In this document: positions 41,164 through 54,970 of the stretch, piece after piece
Numbering within the stretch: the first letter of the stretch is position 1
Layout: each line of letters begins with the position of its first letter
Assembly (NCBI RefSeq): GCF_000497125.1
Contig: NC_090597.1
Span: forward strand, 755,797 to 819,796
Length of the DNA stretch: 64,000 nt
Reading direction: 5' to 3'
Source: Spironucleus salmonicida
Lineage: Eukaryota
Position numbers and translations under genes: made by a program
The notes under the pieces: model-generated
Databases searched by the model: none
What the model was told of the DNA's origin: nothing
The model's input: the letters and a program-made list of their open reading frames with translations, nothing else

Positions 41164-42773
41164 TAGGATGTTGTTTGAATAGCTTTAGTTTTTAATAGTT
41201 ATATTTAACTAGCTATTTGGTATTTAGAAAATATTTACTACTCATTCAGAAGTAAATACTGATTAATATAATATATAGTACTGCTATAAAAATAAAAATA
41301 AATAACTGAAGGTTTGCTTATGGTAAAATTAAACTGCATTACTTATAAATTAATTAATTTATCGAGCTTCTATAAAATAGGGTAATACGTAATATGATAG
41401 AAAAATGTAAAATGTAAATGTAAATTATATGTATTATCAAAAATTTATCAGGTTTAATCCTTAAAAGTATTATGATAACTAATGAATATAATATTAACAT
41501 AAAAATATTTTTTCATCTAATTGAAGTTAGTCATTATCAGGTAAGGATATGACAGATTACAATGTATATTACTTAAATTTTACAAATTTAGTTAGTAAGC
41601 CTTAGATCAGAGCATAGATGGTACATAGATAGTAGAAAGTGAAAGTTCTTACCCAATAATGTAGTCAATGAACAAACCTATCTCTCTCACTACAGGTCAT
41701 AGAAATAATAAAATTTGTTCTATGTTAGTAGTGATACTTTAAGAAAGCATGTGATGGATAAACTAATGATAAATCAACGTTTAATAATATTATGAGAGAC
41801 TGTGTTGCAAGTTGAGTGCATTTATAGACTTAAATACTGATTAATGGGACAGATGGGATCTGAATAGAATTGGTGCCAAAACCTATCACTGCATCTTAAC
41901 TGAACATCAAGTAGAAATCTGCATATTAGCAGTAGGAAAATAGGACTTACGAAGCATCTGCGCAAATATCCAAACATAATAATATCGTACCAGCCAAACT
42001 TCTGATACCTCGGGAGTATCGGAGCATGGATACTAGCACGGGATCTGGTACGATTCCGAGTGACCGGCATGACCTATTTAGTGTCAGGCTAGCCGAGAAG
42101 AAGTAATTGAAACCATATTCGGCATTTTCAGCAATCTTTCAATTTAGCATATTAGAATGACATAAATATTTTTGAGTTTTGCATCTATATTAGTCTAAAT
42201 ACTATCCGAATATACCATTCACTGATAACGTGGTAATATGAATTATTTTATTATATTAGAATAATATTGCTAGCTTCGGCTAGCATAAAGTTGGCCTGAG
42301 TATTAATTATGTTGAAATACGTATAAGTCCAACTATCACCAGCAATCTGGTATTTAAGAAACTTACCAATAGTTCTACAATATGAAGTTTTCTATATAAT
42401 ATATGAATAATTTTTGGTTTTAGTTTTTGTTGTATTATATTAGTATGCACAACTATTATTAAACTCAATTTAAAGATTTGCGTGTTTTAAAGATTATAAG
42501 TTATTACATATTTTACTTAAACTATTATAGCACCACTCATGTATATAATAAAGGCATCGCCATTCCTTTTATTAAATCTACTGGGATTCATCTACAAGTA
42601 CTTTAAGTAAAACTTTACTAAATTAGACTTATTTGCACAATATGAATTTCACGCTTAATAATAAACGCTATCCATAAAATATTTCACTTCCACTTCAATA
42701 ACCAAAAACAAGAAACTGGAATCCTCGATAATATTAACAGTTATAATGTAGTCATGTTTTCACTTCTAACAAA

Positions 42774-45700
42774 ATGTAAAACTAGTGTACTTCTAGCGAT
42801 AACACTACCTGCGATGCAGGTTACTTCTGTCCATCAAACGCAGGAACTGAAGCAAAGGATTGCCTCGCCTGCAAATCAGATTGTGCCACCTGCACAGGAA
42901 CATCCGCAGAAGATGCAACATGTTTAACCTGCGCCGATGGAAAGTATCTTAGTGGGGGAGCCTGCACGGAATGCGACACCAAATGCGCAACCTGCTCAGG
43001 AAGTGAAGATACCGCCTGCCAAAGCTGCACTAACGGGAACTTTTTAAACGTAACCACCTGCGCCACCTGCGTTTCCGGAACCACCATGAACTGCACCTGC
43101 GGGACATCTCAGAACTGCTCGACTTGTTCGGATGATATGGCAAAATGCGCTACCTGTAGTGGTGAATATGATATGGCTGCGAATCCTCCTTGCTCAAAAT
43201 GCAAGGCAGGCTATTTTGAGACTTCTGAAACCCCAAAAACCTGCACAAAATGCGATGAAAAATGCGCAACGTGCACTGCGGCAGATTCCTGCCAAACCTG
43301 CGCAAACGGGAACGTACTAAACGGAAATACGTGCTCTGCCTGTGTTTCCGGGTAGACCATGAGCTGCACCTGCGGAACTTCTAAACACTGCTCGACGTGC
43401 GATTCTAATGAGATGACAAAATGCAAAACATGCATCAACGACTACGATCCAAATGGAGAAACCCCTTGCGAGAAATGCAAACCTAAATACTTCGAGGACA
43501 GTACTACAAGTCCTAGTAAATGCACAGCTTGTTCTTCGAACTGTATAACCTGCACTTCTAGCACCGTTTGTAACACCTGTGAAGATGGATTTTATATCAA
43601 AGATAATTAGTGCATAGCCTGCAATACAACCCAAATGACTGCCTGTACGTGCAAGGCTGCCAAAAACTGTTAAACATGTAAGTCTAGTGAGATGGGCAAA
43701 TGCGAAACGTGCATAGGAAACTTTGATGCTAAAGGCACCACTCCGTGTTAAAACTGTTTGGTAGGATTTTTCAAAGGGGGTGATTCTGGTACTGATACTT
43801 GCACAGCATGCGATGGTAAATGCGCAACCTGCACTGCATTAAACACCTGCTAAACATGTAAAGACGGAAACGTTTTAATCAACAGTACCTGCGTCCCATG
43901 CAGCACAAACCAAATGACTGCCTGCACGTGCCAGACTGCTAAAAACTGCTCAACATGCGAGACTGATACAAGTAAATGCAAAACGTGCATCAACAATTTT
44001 GACCCCTCTGGAGGCACTGCTTGCAAGAATTGCTTGCCAGCATTTTTCAAGCAGAACAAAGATGGTAATGAGACTTGCACAGCCTGCTCTGATAACTGCA
44101 CAAACTGTACGTCCGAATCCGCTTGCACAGCTTGCAAGGATGGGTTTTCGCTCGAAAGCAACTAGTGCGTATCCTGTGCAGATGAAAACTGCGCAGACTG
44201 CGCTTTAAACAAGAATAAATGCAAAAAGTGTGTGTATAACATGTATTTAAATTTCAGAACACAGTGTCAACAGTGTCTCAATGGCGATAGAATTCGATGT
44301 GATTGCGGTACGGTCGTTAACTGTGACACGTGCTCAACAGACACACCATAAACATGCGGAGATTGCCTACGTGGCTACGTAATTGACAAGTCCGGCTCCT
44401 GCACGATCTGCGCGCTGGATTTCGTCCAGATTGGCGATAAGTGCGTCAGGTGTCGGGCGAACTATTGCGAAAAATGCTCGGCAGACGCCTTAAAGTGCGA
44501 AAAGTGCAGAAATAATTTCGCTCCAAACCATGTTGGATGCGAAGCCTGCAGCTTAGACGGTCCCGAATGCGTCTGCTAGGCTGCGGTACACTGCGCCGTC
44601 TGCTCAGCAGATGGAGATAAATGCAAAAGCTGCGTGGCGGGTTATCAGATTGATGACAAAGAAACCTGCACGAACTGTGCAATTAATTACGTAAAAATTG
44701 GCGAGAAGTGCGTTAAGTGCTAAGTAGATAACTGCGATACCTGTTCGACTGACGCCTAAACATGCGTAAAGTGTAAAAATAACTTCGTTCCCAATGGTAA
44801 TAAATGTGATGCATGTCGCGATAACGGCCCCGAGTGCCTCTGCGGTACTGCGGTGAACTGCGCCACCTGCGCACCAAATGCAGACAAATGCAAAAGCTGC
44901 GTCGGGAACTTTGACCCCAAAGCGACCACCCCTTGCACAGACTGTCTGGATGGATTTTTCAAATCTGACGTCAGTGGAAAGAGCACCTGCACCGCTTGCT
45001 CGGATAAATGCACAAACTGCACATCAGCAGACACGTGCACGGCCTGCCAGGACGGGTTTAGTGTTGACGGCAATAAGTGCGTAACCTGCGAAGACACTAA
45101 CTGCAAGATCTGCTCTGCTAACAAGAATGTCTGCACTAAGTGCAACACTGGTTATCTAACTGTTGATGGGAAATGCGAGCGGTAGTGCTACCAGGGCTAA
45201 TCCGTCTGCGCCACCAACCAAATTTGCCTAACCACCTGCAAAACCTGCTCAGAGAACTGCATGACTTGCGAGGGGAGCATAGCCAGCTGCACCAGCTGCG
45301 CTCCTGGCTTTACTTTAGATCGCAGCTCATGCGCAGCGTGCTCTACAGGCTGCGCAGATTGCACTGGAAACAAGAACGTGTGCAATCTCTGTAAAGACGG
45401 CTATTTCGGTATCAGCGGGGTCTGCGCGCCATGCAAACAGAACGCTACCGCGCAGTGCGAATGCTCTGGGGCAGCTAACTGCGCGACCTGCAATAACGCT
45501 AAATCCGGCACCTGCGGCACCTGCATCGCCGGCTACAAAATGTCAGCTAGCAACACCTGCACGGAGTGCGCCGACGGTTATTTGATGGTGGACAGGGTCT
45601 GCACGAAATGCGAAAAGTCGTGCAAAATCTGCTACGAAAGCATCGATAAATGCAGCAGCTGCGCGGATTCGTACACGATGAGCATCAAACAGACGTGCGA

Positions 45701-46106
45701 AAAAGATTGCACCACTGTTCTAACGAATGGCAAAGCCTGTGTTGGCGGCAAAGTGGTCGAATGCGACGATGACTACGACCAAATAACGGCTTGCAAATGC
45801 GGAGCTGCCGTAAACTGCCAAGAATGCAACGAGCGTAACATGAACACCTGCGAGTCCTGCATGCCTGGCTATAAACTCATCGGCGGGTCGTGCGGACAGT
45901 GCGCTGTAGGGGCGACCACCGTTGGCCTTTTCTGCTTCGATCCCTCCATTGGGTCTTAAAACTTCCTTTCTGGAGGTGCCATAGCTGGTATTGTAATAGC
46001 AGTCTTGGTTGTAATTGGACTAGTTGCAGGCGGAGCTTTCTGGTACGTAAAGAGGTCTAAACATACACCTGCTGAAATCGGTCTTGTCGATAGACGTCTA
46101 TAATGA
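42774..46106 (+). CDS. large cysteine-rich membrane protein (CRMP2-type), 1110 aa
   Basis: MQNQCTSSDNTTCDAGYFCP...; ORFs 43086, 43359, 43914, 44853 and 45261 are all in one frame. Ends GLVAGGAFWYVKRSKHTPAEIGLVDRRLQ-TGA. Length 3333 = 1111 codons. Confidence 0.92.
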
Positions 46107-48640
46107 GAAATTTAATTTTTCATATAAATAAACATGGTGGGAAGATATAGTATAAATATAACAGAGATAGACTTATAAATTATTTTATGATAATTTTGGG
46201 GTAGATCGTCCGAATGAATATAATATGCTTAGAAGCTAATTTTAACAAAAATAGCCTATATATGAAAATATAGTCATAGAAAATTCTAATCATAGAAAGA
46301 GTAAAACGATATGCTAAAATAGAAATAATACCTAAGCTACACATTGCAATGAAAATTTTATTGGCTGAATACCTCCATATTGAGTAATTTTTTAAAGAGG
46401 ACCATAATAATAACAGATAGCCAGTTTAGCACAATCATGGTATTACTCTACGGTTCTCTATACTTTCAAAGCGCATGTTCTACTATTCTATCAGCAAGGT
46501 ACCTTTCAGTCTATCACACTTGAGTAGGATTTTGAATCTTCGTACATTCTTAATTAATCGCATTAGAGATAATTAATTTGCGTAGATTACATTATAAACC
46601 TCTAAAGTTATTTTGAACTTATATGAAAATATTATTTACAAAATATTATAATTGGAACATGCATGATGACAGAGTTACTATCACAATAATATGCTCAAGC
46701 AGCTATATTCAGCTAGCAATAGTAGCATATCAATTGCAAATTATTTTATATCTTAAATATACTTGGATTGCTAATGACGGAATCTGAGTATTCTCATGAT
46801 GGAATTATACAGAAATCGTGCTACAAACTATTTTAGCAGTTTGAACTCCATGCTATCATGTAACGAATTAGTGAGTAGCTATTTACGCATATAGTAACAC
46901 GTTACTAATAAAGTCAAACTTTTTAAAGTATGAGATTATTTCTTACCAGGACAATTATGGTAGAGAAAATCATTATAGGTAAATAGTTGAAATACTTACT
47001 GTTTCTACAGGATATCAATAATATTAGTTGCGTAGTACTTACTTACACTAAAATAGTCTGTTAGCGATAAATTACACAAATATTATTATTTGAAGCTCTT
47101 CTAGCAAAAGATCATTTTATCATGGCTAGGTATACTTGAGTAGTATGAAGTTCCAATTATCGATAAATGATGTTATAAATACACTATAACTTAGAAAGTA
47201 TCAGTTGAGTACTTTTATGTTGCTTCAAAGTATTAGCTTAACTAAAGTGTAGAAATACCAACATACAAGAATACATACGACAACAAATTTAAAAATCAAT
47301 CAGCACAAGTGCTTTAGCGACTGGAAGCATGGCATGTATATATTTTTGCAAATATTGAGTTTTGTTAGTAGACTACTACCGGATCTCATAAAGCTCTGAC
47401 TCTTATGACCCACAATGCTAAATTTCAGTGCCTAGCCTACGCAGCGTTGAAGGTGGCACGATTGATAATTTTGATACTCCAACATCATTTGGACAAATTT
47501 CAAAGCAGTCGCTCACGGCCATCCAGAAATAAATATTAGTGGTATGGAGCAGACTTATTTTCTGCCTACGCAATTAGTGAAGATAGGTTATCAGGCTGGC
47601 GCTGAATTAATTTCGCTATATAGTATCTTAATCAGTATTTAATGTATGCAGTATCAGTTAGATCACCATAGCCTACAATTTCGAACAACTTAGCTAATTT
47701 TATAGTTATTATTAAAATGATTGTGACATCTCCCAGTAAAATCAGCTTAACGGTGTAAATTTTGTATTTAATTATAATGATACTTTAGAGTCATATTTAT
47801 ATAAAATTAGTAAAAGTGTAATTAAATAGTAGATTTTTAATCAGAATTCAGCTACCTAATTGTAATGGAACCACGAGAATGAACTTGAAATAGAAAAGTA
47901 TAATATAATTAGCTTCGTTACTTTGTATGGTGTTTAAGGATATAAAGTACTAGATCCAATGTTGAATAATTTATTCAGTTTCGGGGATTTACAGTTACCC
48001 CTTTTCATATCATGCACTTGTAAACTAGCCTATTAATATAACTCAGCACTAACTGGAGAATTTTAATCTCATCCAGTAAGCACCTATTAACGCAAGCTAC
48101 CAGCTTTCAGGTTCAACATTTCTCATAGTAGAATATATTATCATATATAATATACTTTTACTATACATTAATAAATATATCCTATTATATAATAAAGCTA
48201 TAACATAAAACTGAAAAATACGAAATCCCCACATGACGTAGCAGCAGCAAAATCATTTCATCAAATTTACCAGTATCGGTAGAAAACTCCGCACTCGAGT
48301 ATGCAAATTTGCCAACCTCTGGACTCCAACCCGTCCTTGCGGAGGTCTAAAGTTTGCCGACCATCTCCTCTAAATTTCGCATTTAAAGCGCATCCGGATG
48401 TTCTATGACTGAACTGTTTTGGTTCGTAAAATGAAGGTCCTTACAATATGGTTATCCTGCATCCATGCAGGTACCTTGCATGCTTTGTTATTCTATGTTA
48501 GTCGTAATAGGAAATGGGAGCATTTAGCAATTTCGGGATTCGCGTTTTGGAACCAGTATTGTTAATGAGTTGCTTAGATTCACTAAGTAAACTGTTGGAG
48601 AATTGCGCAATTTCATATTAGTAGGGCTGCGCATAATCAT

Positions 48641-49941
48641 AAATTCAAGCCTAGCAAGGACTTCGAAGCTGTAAGTTTTAAATTTTATTCGGTAGAGTCA
48701 AGAAAACTCAGCTTGCTAGGTATAGAAGACGTGTGTTGCTGGACGTGGAATACTAGAATATGGACATTTTAAAATAGTCAAGAGTCTTAATAGGGTGCGG
48801 GCAGGATGGAAGTGAGTTTTCATTCAATATGATTGCGCTTTTTATATATAGGATGATTTAGGATATTTTGAGTAATATAAGAGTCAAAGTGTATTAGGTT
48901 TCATGGTAATGTTCATTTATTACTAGGCATGATATTCAAAGCTATTTCATTCTATATTTGATATTAGTTAATACTAGAGACACTCCATGCAAATGATACT
49001 TTTAATATTAATTATATATTATATTAAAATAACTTATTCTTAGTTTAGAAGAGAATAAAATCTACCTAATAGTAGAGCTACCTAAAAGGAATAGTATCCA
49101 TTAAGCAGGGAATATCAATAATGAAATTTCATGTCATTTAAAATAATTCAGCAACATAGAAATAATACATATTGCTTAATGGTATTTGCAGTCTCAATAT
49201 CGTTTTATTAAAGATTCGTAAACCATTTCTAGCTGAGTTTTGAAATTTTATTTAGAAAATAGCTTTAGTTCGCTAATAGCTAATAATATCAAATTCAAGC
49301 CTAGCAAGGACTTCAAATATGCAAGTTTAAGGGTCATTCGGTAGAGTCAAGAAACTCAGTTTGGTAGGTATAGAAGACGTATGTTGCTGGAAATTGAATG
49401 ATAGACTATGGGATATTCGAAATAGGTAAAAGACTTGCTAGGGCGCGGGCAGGATGGAAGTGGGTTTTGATACCGTGCGATTGTGCTTTTTATATAGGAT
49501 GATTTAGGATATTTTGCTTAGTGTGAGAGTCAAAGTGTATTAGGTGTCCTGGTAATGTTCACTTGTTACTAGACATGATATTAAAGGAATTCCATTCTAA
49601 AATACGATATTAGTTAGTATTTAGATATATTCCATTCAAATGATATTTTAATATTAACTATATATTATATTAAAATAACATATTGTTAGTTTAGAACAGA
49701 ATGAAATCTAACTAATAGTAGAGCTACCTAAGGAATAATATCCATTACGCAGTGAATGACAATAATGTAATTTCATGTCATTTAAAATAATTCAATAGCA
49801 TAGAAATAATACATATTGCTCAATGGTATTTGCAGTATCAATATAGTTTCATTAAAGCTTCGTAAACCATTTCTAGCCAAGTTTTGAAATTTTATTTAGA
49901 AAGTAGCTCTAGTTCGCTAATAGCTAATATTATCAAATTCA
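48641..49941 (+). repeat. diverged tandem duplication, period ~650 bp
   Basis: aaattcaagcctagcaaggacttc at 48641 and 49291. Colinear similarity continues to tagttcgctaatagctaat. Confidence 0.92.
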
Positions 49942-50068
49942 GTATATATCTAGCATAATTTAAATTGATAATGGGAACAATGATAGAATTGATTTCTGAA
50001 AAATCAACTCTTAAATTTCACATATACTAATAATACTAGAATATTCATGTGAAAAATTCAAATACTTT

Positions 50069-50550
50069 TCACTTCTTTGCCCTCTTGATGAAGTAATACG
50101 TTAGAACTCCACCGACGGCTCCCACCACCACCAATGAACCTATCACAATTCCCACCGCAACACCGCCTGAGAGGTTCCCAGACTCCTTTCTGGGGGCGAA
50201 GTAGAACGTTCCAATTTTAGAATAACCATCTTCGCAATTTTTACATTAATCAGACTCGAATTTATATCCAGGCAGACAGGAGCCACATTTTGTGCTGTCA
50301 TCGTTACAGTTGAGATAGTTAGTACCATTTGTACACTGACATTCAGTTATCTGTGCTTGGCCTCCGTAGACTGTAACAGCGCCACCAACGCAAGCATTTT
50401 CTTCTGCTTAATCTGTGCTGAAATCAACCTAGCATGTTCAGCGGGTGATCTTCTGATGTTTAGCGTAACACGTATCGCACAAATGAATCCTCTTGAAACA
50501 CGTAGCATATTAGTAAATCACCATTGTATAGCACATAAAAGAGCCAATGT
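50069..50550 (-). pseudogene. 5'-truncated CRMP1 fragment
   Basis: ...[44 protein letters not shown], close to the tail of 28476-29444. In-frame TGA near 50438-50440 and several Cys>Tyr/Phe changes. Confidence 0.8.
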
Positions 50551-51137
50551 GTGTGATTGAAAAGATATAATTAATCTATGATTCATATTCTGAAATAATA
50601 AATTCATCACCTCTTTTCAAAACTATTATAACTGTTTCATTACTCTTGAATGGGTACTTACCACTGAATTTTAACAAAATTACTGCATCTTGATGGAATG
50701 CTAACATGCGACGACACAAGCTTTTAGCTTGGTACTAATTGGGCCAACTTATACTAATAATATACGGAAAGCTCTATTTCAGTGTAGGATCTATCGATAA
50801 TGTTTCCAAAAATATTCAAACCAGGCATAGCGCTCCTAATTAAGCAAAATATAGAACTTCACAATTTATTTCTGGCCTGATACGTATTGACGCAAAGCAC
50901 ACAAGTTTATTGAATTTACAAAATTAATTATATTGACTTCTACTAACATCTCTTGTTTAATAATATCATGGTTGTTCATATAATGCTTCATCACCAATAG
51001 AAATATATGTACCGTCGCCCCAAACAAAGTCTAACTCAGTTGATAAATATAATACTGATTTATCATTTATCCTTCAAAAATAGCTTAAACTCTATTGTCC
51101 ATCTTACTACCCCTAAACCCTGATATCAAGTAAATTC

Positions 51138-53915
51138 TCACTTCAGGATAAAATTCAACCTTTCAATGTCCTAATTGGTCTTGGACTTCTTCATATACCA
51201 GAACACGCCACCGGCGACTCCTCCAACCACGGCTAGAACTGCGATGACAATGCCTGCAACGGTGCCACTGGAGATGTTGGTATTAGGCGTATCGCCTTGT
51301 AAGAAGCAGAGAGTACCAACGGCGGTGGCACCTTCCAAGCAGGTAGTGCACTGTTGATTTTCTAATTTGTAGCCTTTCATACAGGACTCGCACTTTCCCT
51401 TATCTTTATTATGGCATTTGAAGCAGTTTGCAGCATTGCTGCATTTGCACGCAGTTATCTGATTACTTGCTCCACACTCCACAATACTGTCAGCCGTACA
51501 CGCCTTTCCATCTGTCAGTGTACTCTTGCAGTCCTTCTCGCACGTCTAATTGATGCTCATTGTGTGCGAATTTGCGCAGGTGTCGCACTTTTTGATGGTT
51601 TTCGAGCACGTAGCACAATTATTATTGCATTTCACACAGGCAATTCCAACCATCAAATAGTCATCAGCACAGGCTGAACAGGTCTCATTATCAGCCTTTT
51701 TATATCCAGTGATGCAGTTTCCGCACTTTCCTTTATTAGAAGAATCGCAGGTAGCACAGTTAACTGCTTCCCCGCACCTGCACTGTTCCGTGTTATTTCC
51801 ATCACACTTAGTGCAGGTATTATCTTTAGCGAAAAAGCCTTCTTTACATATTTTACAATTATTTTTATCGCCTTCGCAGTTCGCGCAGTTGTTTGGGCAT
51901 GCTGAGCATTTATCGTTTTCTAAAGTAAAGCCAAATTCGCACGTCAGGCACGTGTCTACAGTATCTTAGCATATAGCGCAGTTTCCGGTGCAATCTTTGC
52001 AGATCGTATCGCAGATTTGGTTAGATCTGCATTCAGTACTGCTGGAGCACTATTTTACACATTTATTATTTTAAACCGAAAAACCATCTTTGCACACCGT
52101 GCAGGTGTCTTTATTACTTGGGCAGGTCTTGCAGTTTGCGTCAGTGCATACCACACAATTCTTGTTTTCGATCGAAAACCCGTCCTTACAAGCTGTGCAA
52201 ACTGATCCAGAGGTACACGTTGTGCAGTTAACAGGGCATACCGTGCAAGTATCGTTCCCAGAATCAGCTGACTTGAAAAATCCTGGCAAGCAATTTTAGC
52301 AAGGGGTGGATCCATCTGGGTCAAAATTGTTGATACAGGTTTTGCATTTTCCCATATCAGTAGAATCGCAGGTTTGACAGTTTTTAGCAGCTGTGCAAAT
52401 ACATACAGTAGCTTAAGTATTCGTGCAGGAAACACACGTATTTCCAGTTAAAACGTGCCCATTTTTGCAGGATGAACAGGTGTTTTCTTGGGTGCAGGTT
52501 GCGCATTTCTCATTGCAGGCTTTGCAAGTATCAGTTTCCAAATTATTTCCCTTGAAAAATCCTGGTAAGCATGTTTCGCAAACATTAGAATTTTTAGCAT
52601 CGCATGTTGCGCAATTCTCGGCCTTGCCGCAGTTGCACTTTTACGTCGAGTTTCCAATGCAGGTAATGCACCCTCCATCGAAGTTTAAAAATCCGTCCTT
52701 GCAAAGTTTACACTTACTTTTATCGCCGTCGCAGTTCAGGCAGTTGCTGCCGCACGCTGCACATTTATTGTTTTCTAAGATAAAGCCGGATTTGCAGGTC
52801 ACGCACTTGTCTACAGAACCCTTGCACGTGGCGCAGTTTCCGGTGCAATCTTTACAGATTTTGTCGCATATTTGGTTCGAGGCGCAGCTTCTGTCGCCGA
52901 TCTTACATGTTTTTTCGCATTTACCGCTTTAAAACAAAAATCCATTCTTGCAAATTGTGCAATTGGTATCTAAAGAGCAGATTAAGCAATTATCAATGCA
53001 AGGCACGCAAGTATCACCCACGGCAGAGTTTTCCTTATAAAATCCTGGTAAGCAGTTTTAACACGGAATCTCGCCTTTAAAATCAAAGTTTCTTAAACAT
53101 GTTTTACATGTTCCCGCAATAATATGGCAGGTAGAACAATTTTTCGCTGTTTTGCATGTGCAGGGATATAATTAGCTTCCAGTGCAGGGCATACACTGGC
53201 TACTTTCGAGCGAAAATCCGTCATAGCAAACTGCACATTCGCCATCTGAGTTAAAGTGCATATGTGGCAAACACTTTCCGCACTTCTGCGCATAGAAATC
53301 GCAAGAAGCACAATAGGAGGCATTGTAACATTTACATGCTGCCGTCAGATTTTTATCGCAATGCTTTGCAATACCGTTGTCACAGTACTACCCGTCTTGA
53401 ATATTATTGCATTTCTTAGTGCATTGACCTGTTAGTGTAATGACAAATCCCTTAGGGTCGCAAAAATCGCAAGTGGTGGTTGAAGAGCAAGACAAACAAT
53501 TCGCAATGCAAGGTATAGGCATTTATGTACCTGGATTACCGAAATATAATCCTACTGGCATACATCCATCTTCGCTTTTACAGGATAACTTACAAAGACC
53601 AGTCTATGGGTTCTTTTCGTAGCCTTCGGAGCACGTAATGCAAGAATTTGCGTCTGCACAGGTATCGCAGTCTAAAGGACACGTAATACATATGTTATTT
53701 TCTAAAAATGTCTTACGCCCGCATTTAGAGCACTGGTTCCCCGCACATTCTTGGCAGTTTCTTATTGGTTTGCCTTCTTCGCAGTAACAACTTTATCCAT
53801 AAACCATACCTTCAGAGCATGGCTGACAATCGACAACCGTTGATTGTTCTGTGGGGCAAAAATGTCCAACCTTGCAGTTGAATACTTTATTTGAGCATGT
53901 ACCAGTTTCTGTCAT
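51138..53915 (-). CDS. cysteine-rich membrane protein (CRMP2-type), 925 aa
   Basis: MTETGTCSNKVFNCKVGHFCP... to GGVAGGVFWYMKKSKTNQDIERLNFILK-TGA. Length 2778 = 926 codons, in frame with ORFs 52071 and 51171. Confidence 0.9.
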
Positions 53916-54970
53916 TTTCTGAAAATAGATATTCGAAATATTATATTAAACTTGATGTAAATGATGATATGGATTTTAGTTTTTGAGAAACAGTAATATT
54001 AATTTATAGTAGCAATACTTAATTATTAAAACACGAATTTGATATACTCATGCAAATATAGATTATATTAATATAAATGATTGTATTTATAAGTACTTAA
54101 TTATTACAGAAACTTCATAAATTAGCCTGCATCTATGTAATAATCTATTCCAGGTTAAGAGAGTTTTATTTAATAAATTGTTACTTAATATGTAACTAAC
54201 ATTAATTTTAGAAAATATAATTTGTCATTTAGTTTTATAATTATTATATACATACAATAACTTAACAATTGGTTGTACTTAGTTTATTTATCATAATATA
54301 TTTCTGTGAATTCTAAATAATTAAACAATTGGATATATGTTGATTCTATAATTTCTGGTGCTTGGTTATAATTTTACTATCATTAATAGCAGTACTTAAC
54401 AAAACGAGTTAAACTGTCAATTTTCCAACAATTTAATAAATAGCTAGATTATATCCATTAAGAAAGCATAAATTACTTAAGATATAAATTTCAAATATTA
54501 TCAGAAATTCAATGAGCACAAAATATATTTCCCGCTGATTTCCTGTACATCTGGATGTAACTTGCTTACTTAGATGAATTTTATACGAATAAACTAGGCT
54601 TTGGCTTTACATTGAATTTGCAGCATCTATTGTATTAATACATAATTGAGCACAAAATAGTCTAGTACAAATGACACAAATTAATTAAATAATATCTCTA
54701 AATTATCATATTCTGTTTACCTATTTATGAAATTATTATTTAATATATTTTATGAAAACAATTAAAAAAATATTTATAAGTTTTAAGTAATAGCTGAAAC
54801 CGTACAACCACATAGTAGGAAATCGAACAGAGAGAAGCAAGAATTCCATTATCAATTTCAGTTTAATAAAACAACTATGAATAATTTATTTTAACAAAAC
54901 CAAAAGGTACACATCACTTTTCACTTTTCTCTTGTACCTTTTGCTTCTACAGAAATTTATATTTTGCATA
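53916..54970 (+). repeat. duplicated upstream region, copy 2 (copy 1 at 9629-10680)
   Basis: Colinear near-identity ends where the 2.19-kb tandem array starts. Confidence 0.95.

Noticed and set aside
42765-42785. CTAACAAAATG...TAG as a branch point/3' splice site that could add a leader exon
   Set aside because: The spacing to AG does not fit a fused branch/acceptor, and equivalent motifs are absent before the other CRMP starts.
46200-47750. Coding-like stretches here and at 33780-34740 and 38040-38720
   Set aside because: I could not establish a long TGA-free frame or a recognisable motif by eye, so they are left unassigned.
17190-50550. In-frame TGA in relics as selenocysteine codons
   Set aside because: They co-occur with frameshifts and widespread Cys loss, and no convincing SECIS was seen downstream.
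3153-53622. Many supplied ORFs rich in Q/V/A/H/L (e.g. 4062..4334, 21753..22004, 52423..52932)
   Set aside because: They are antisense or off-frame shadows of the Cys-codon-rich CRMP genes.
3143-53915. Reading the ten CRMPs as pseudogenes because of in-frame TAA/TAG
   Set aside because: These codons align with CAA/CAG in paralogs, and frame is preserved to a TGA after the TM.
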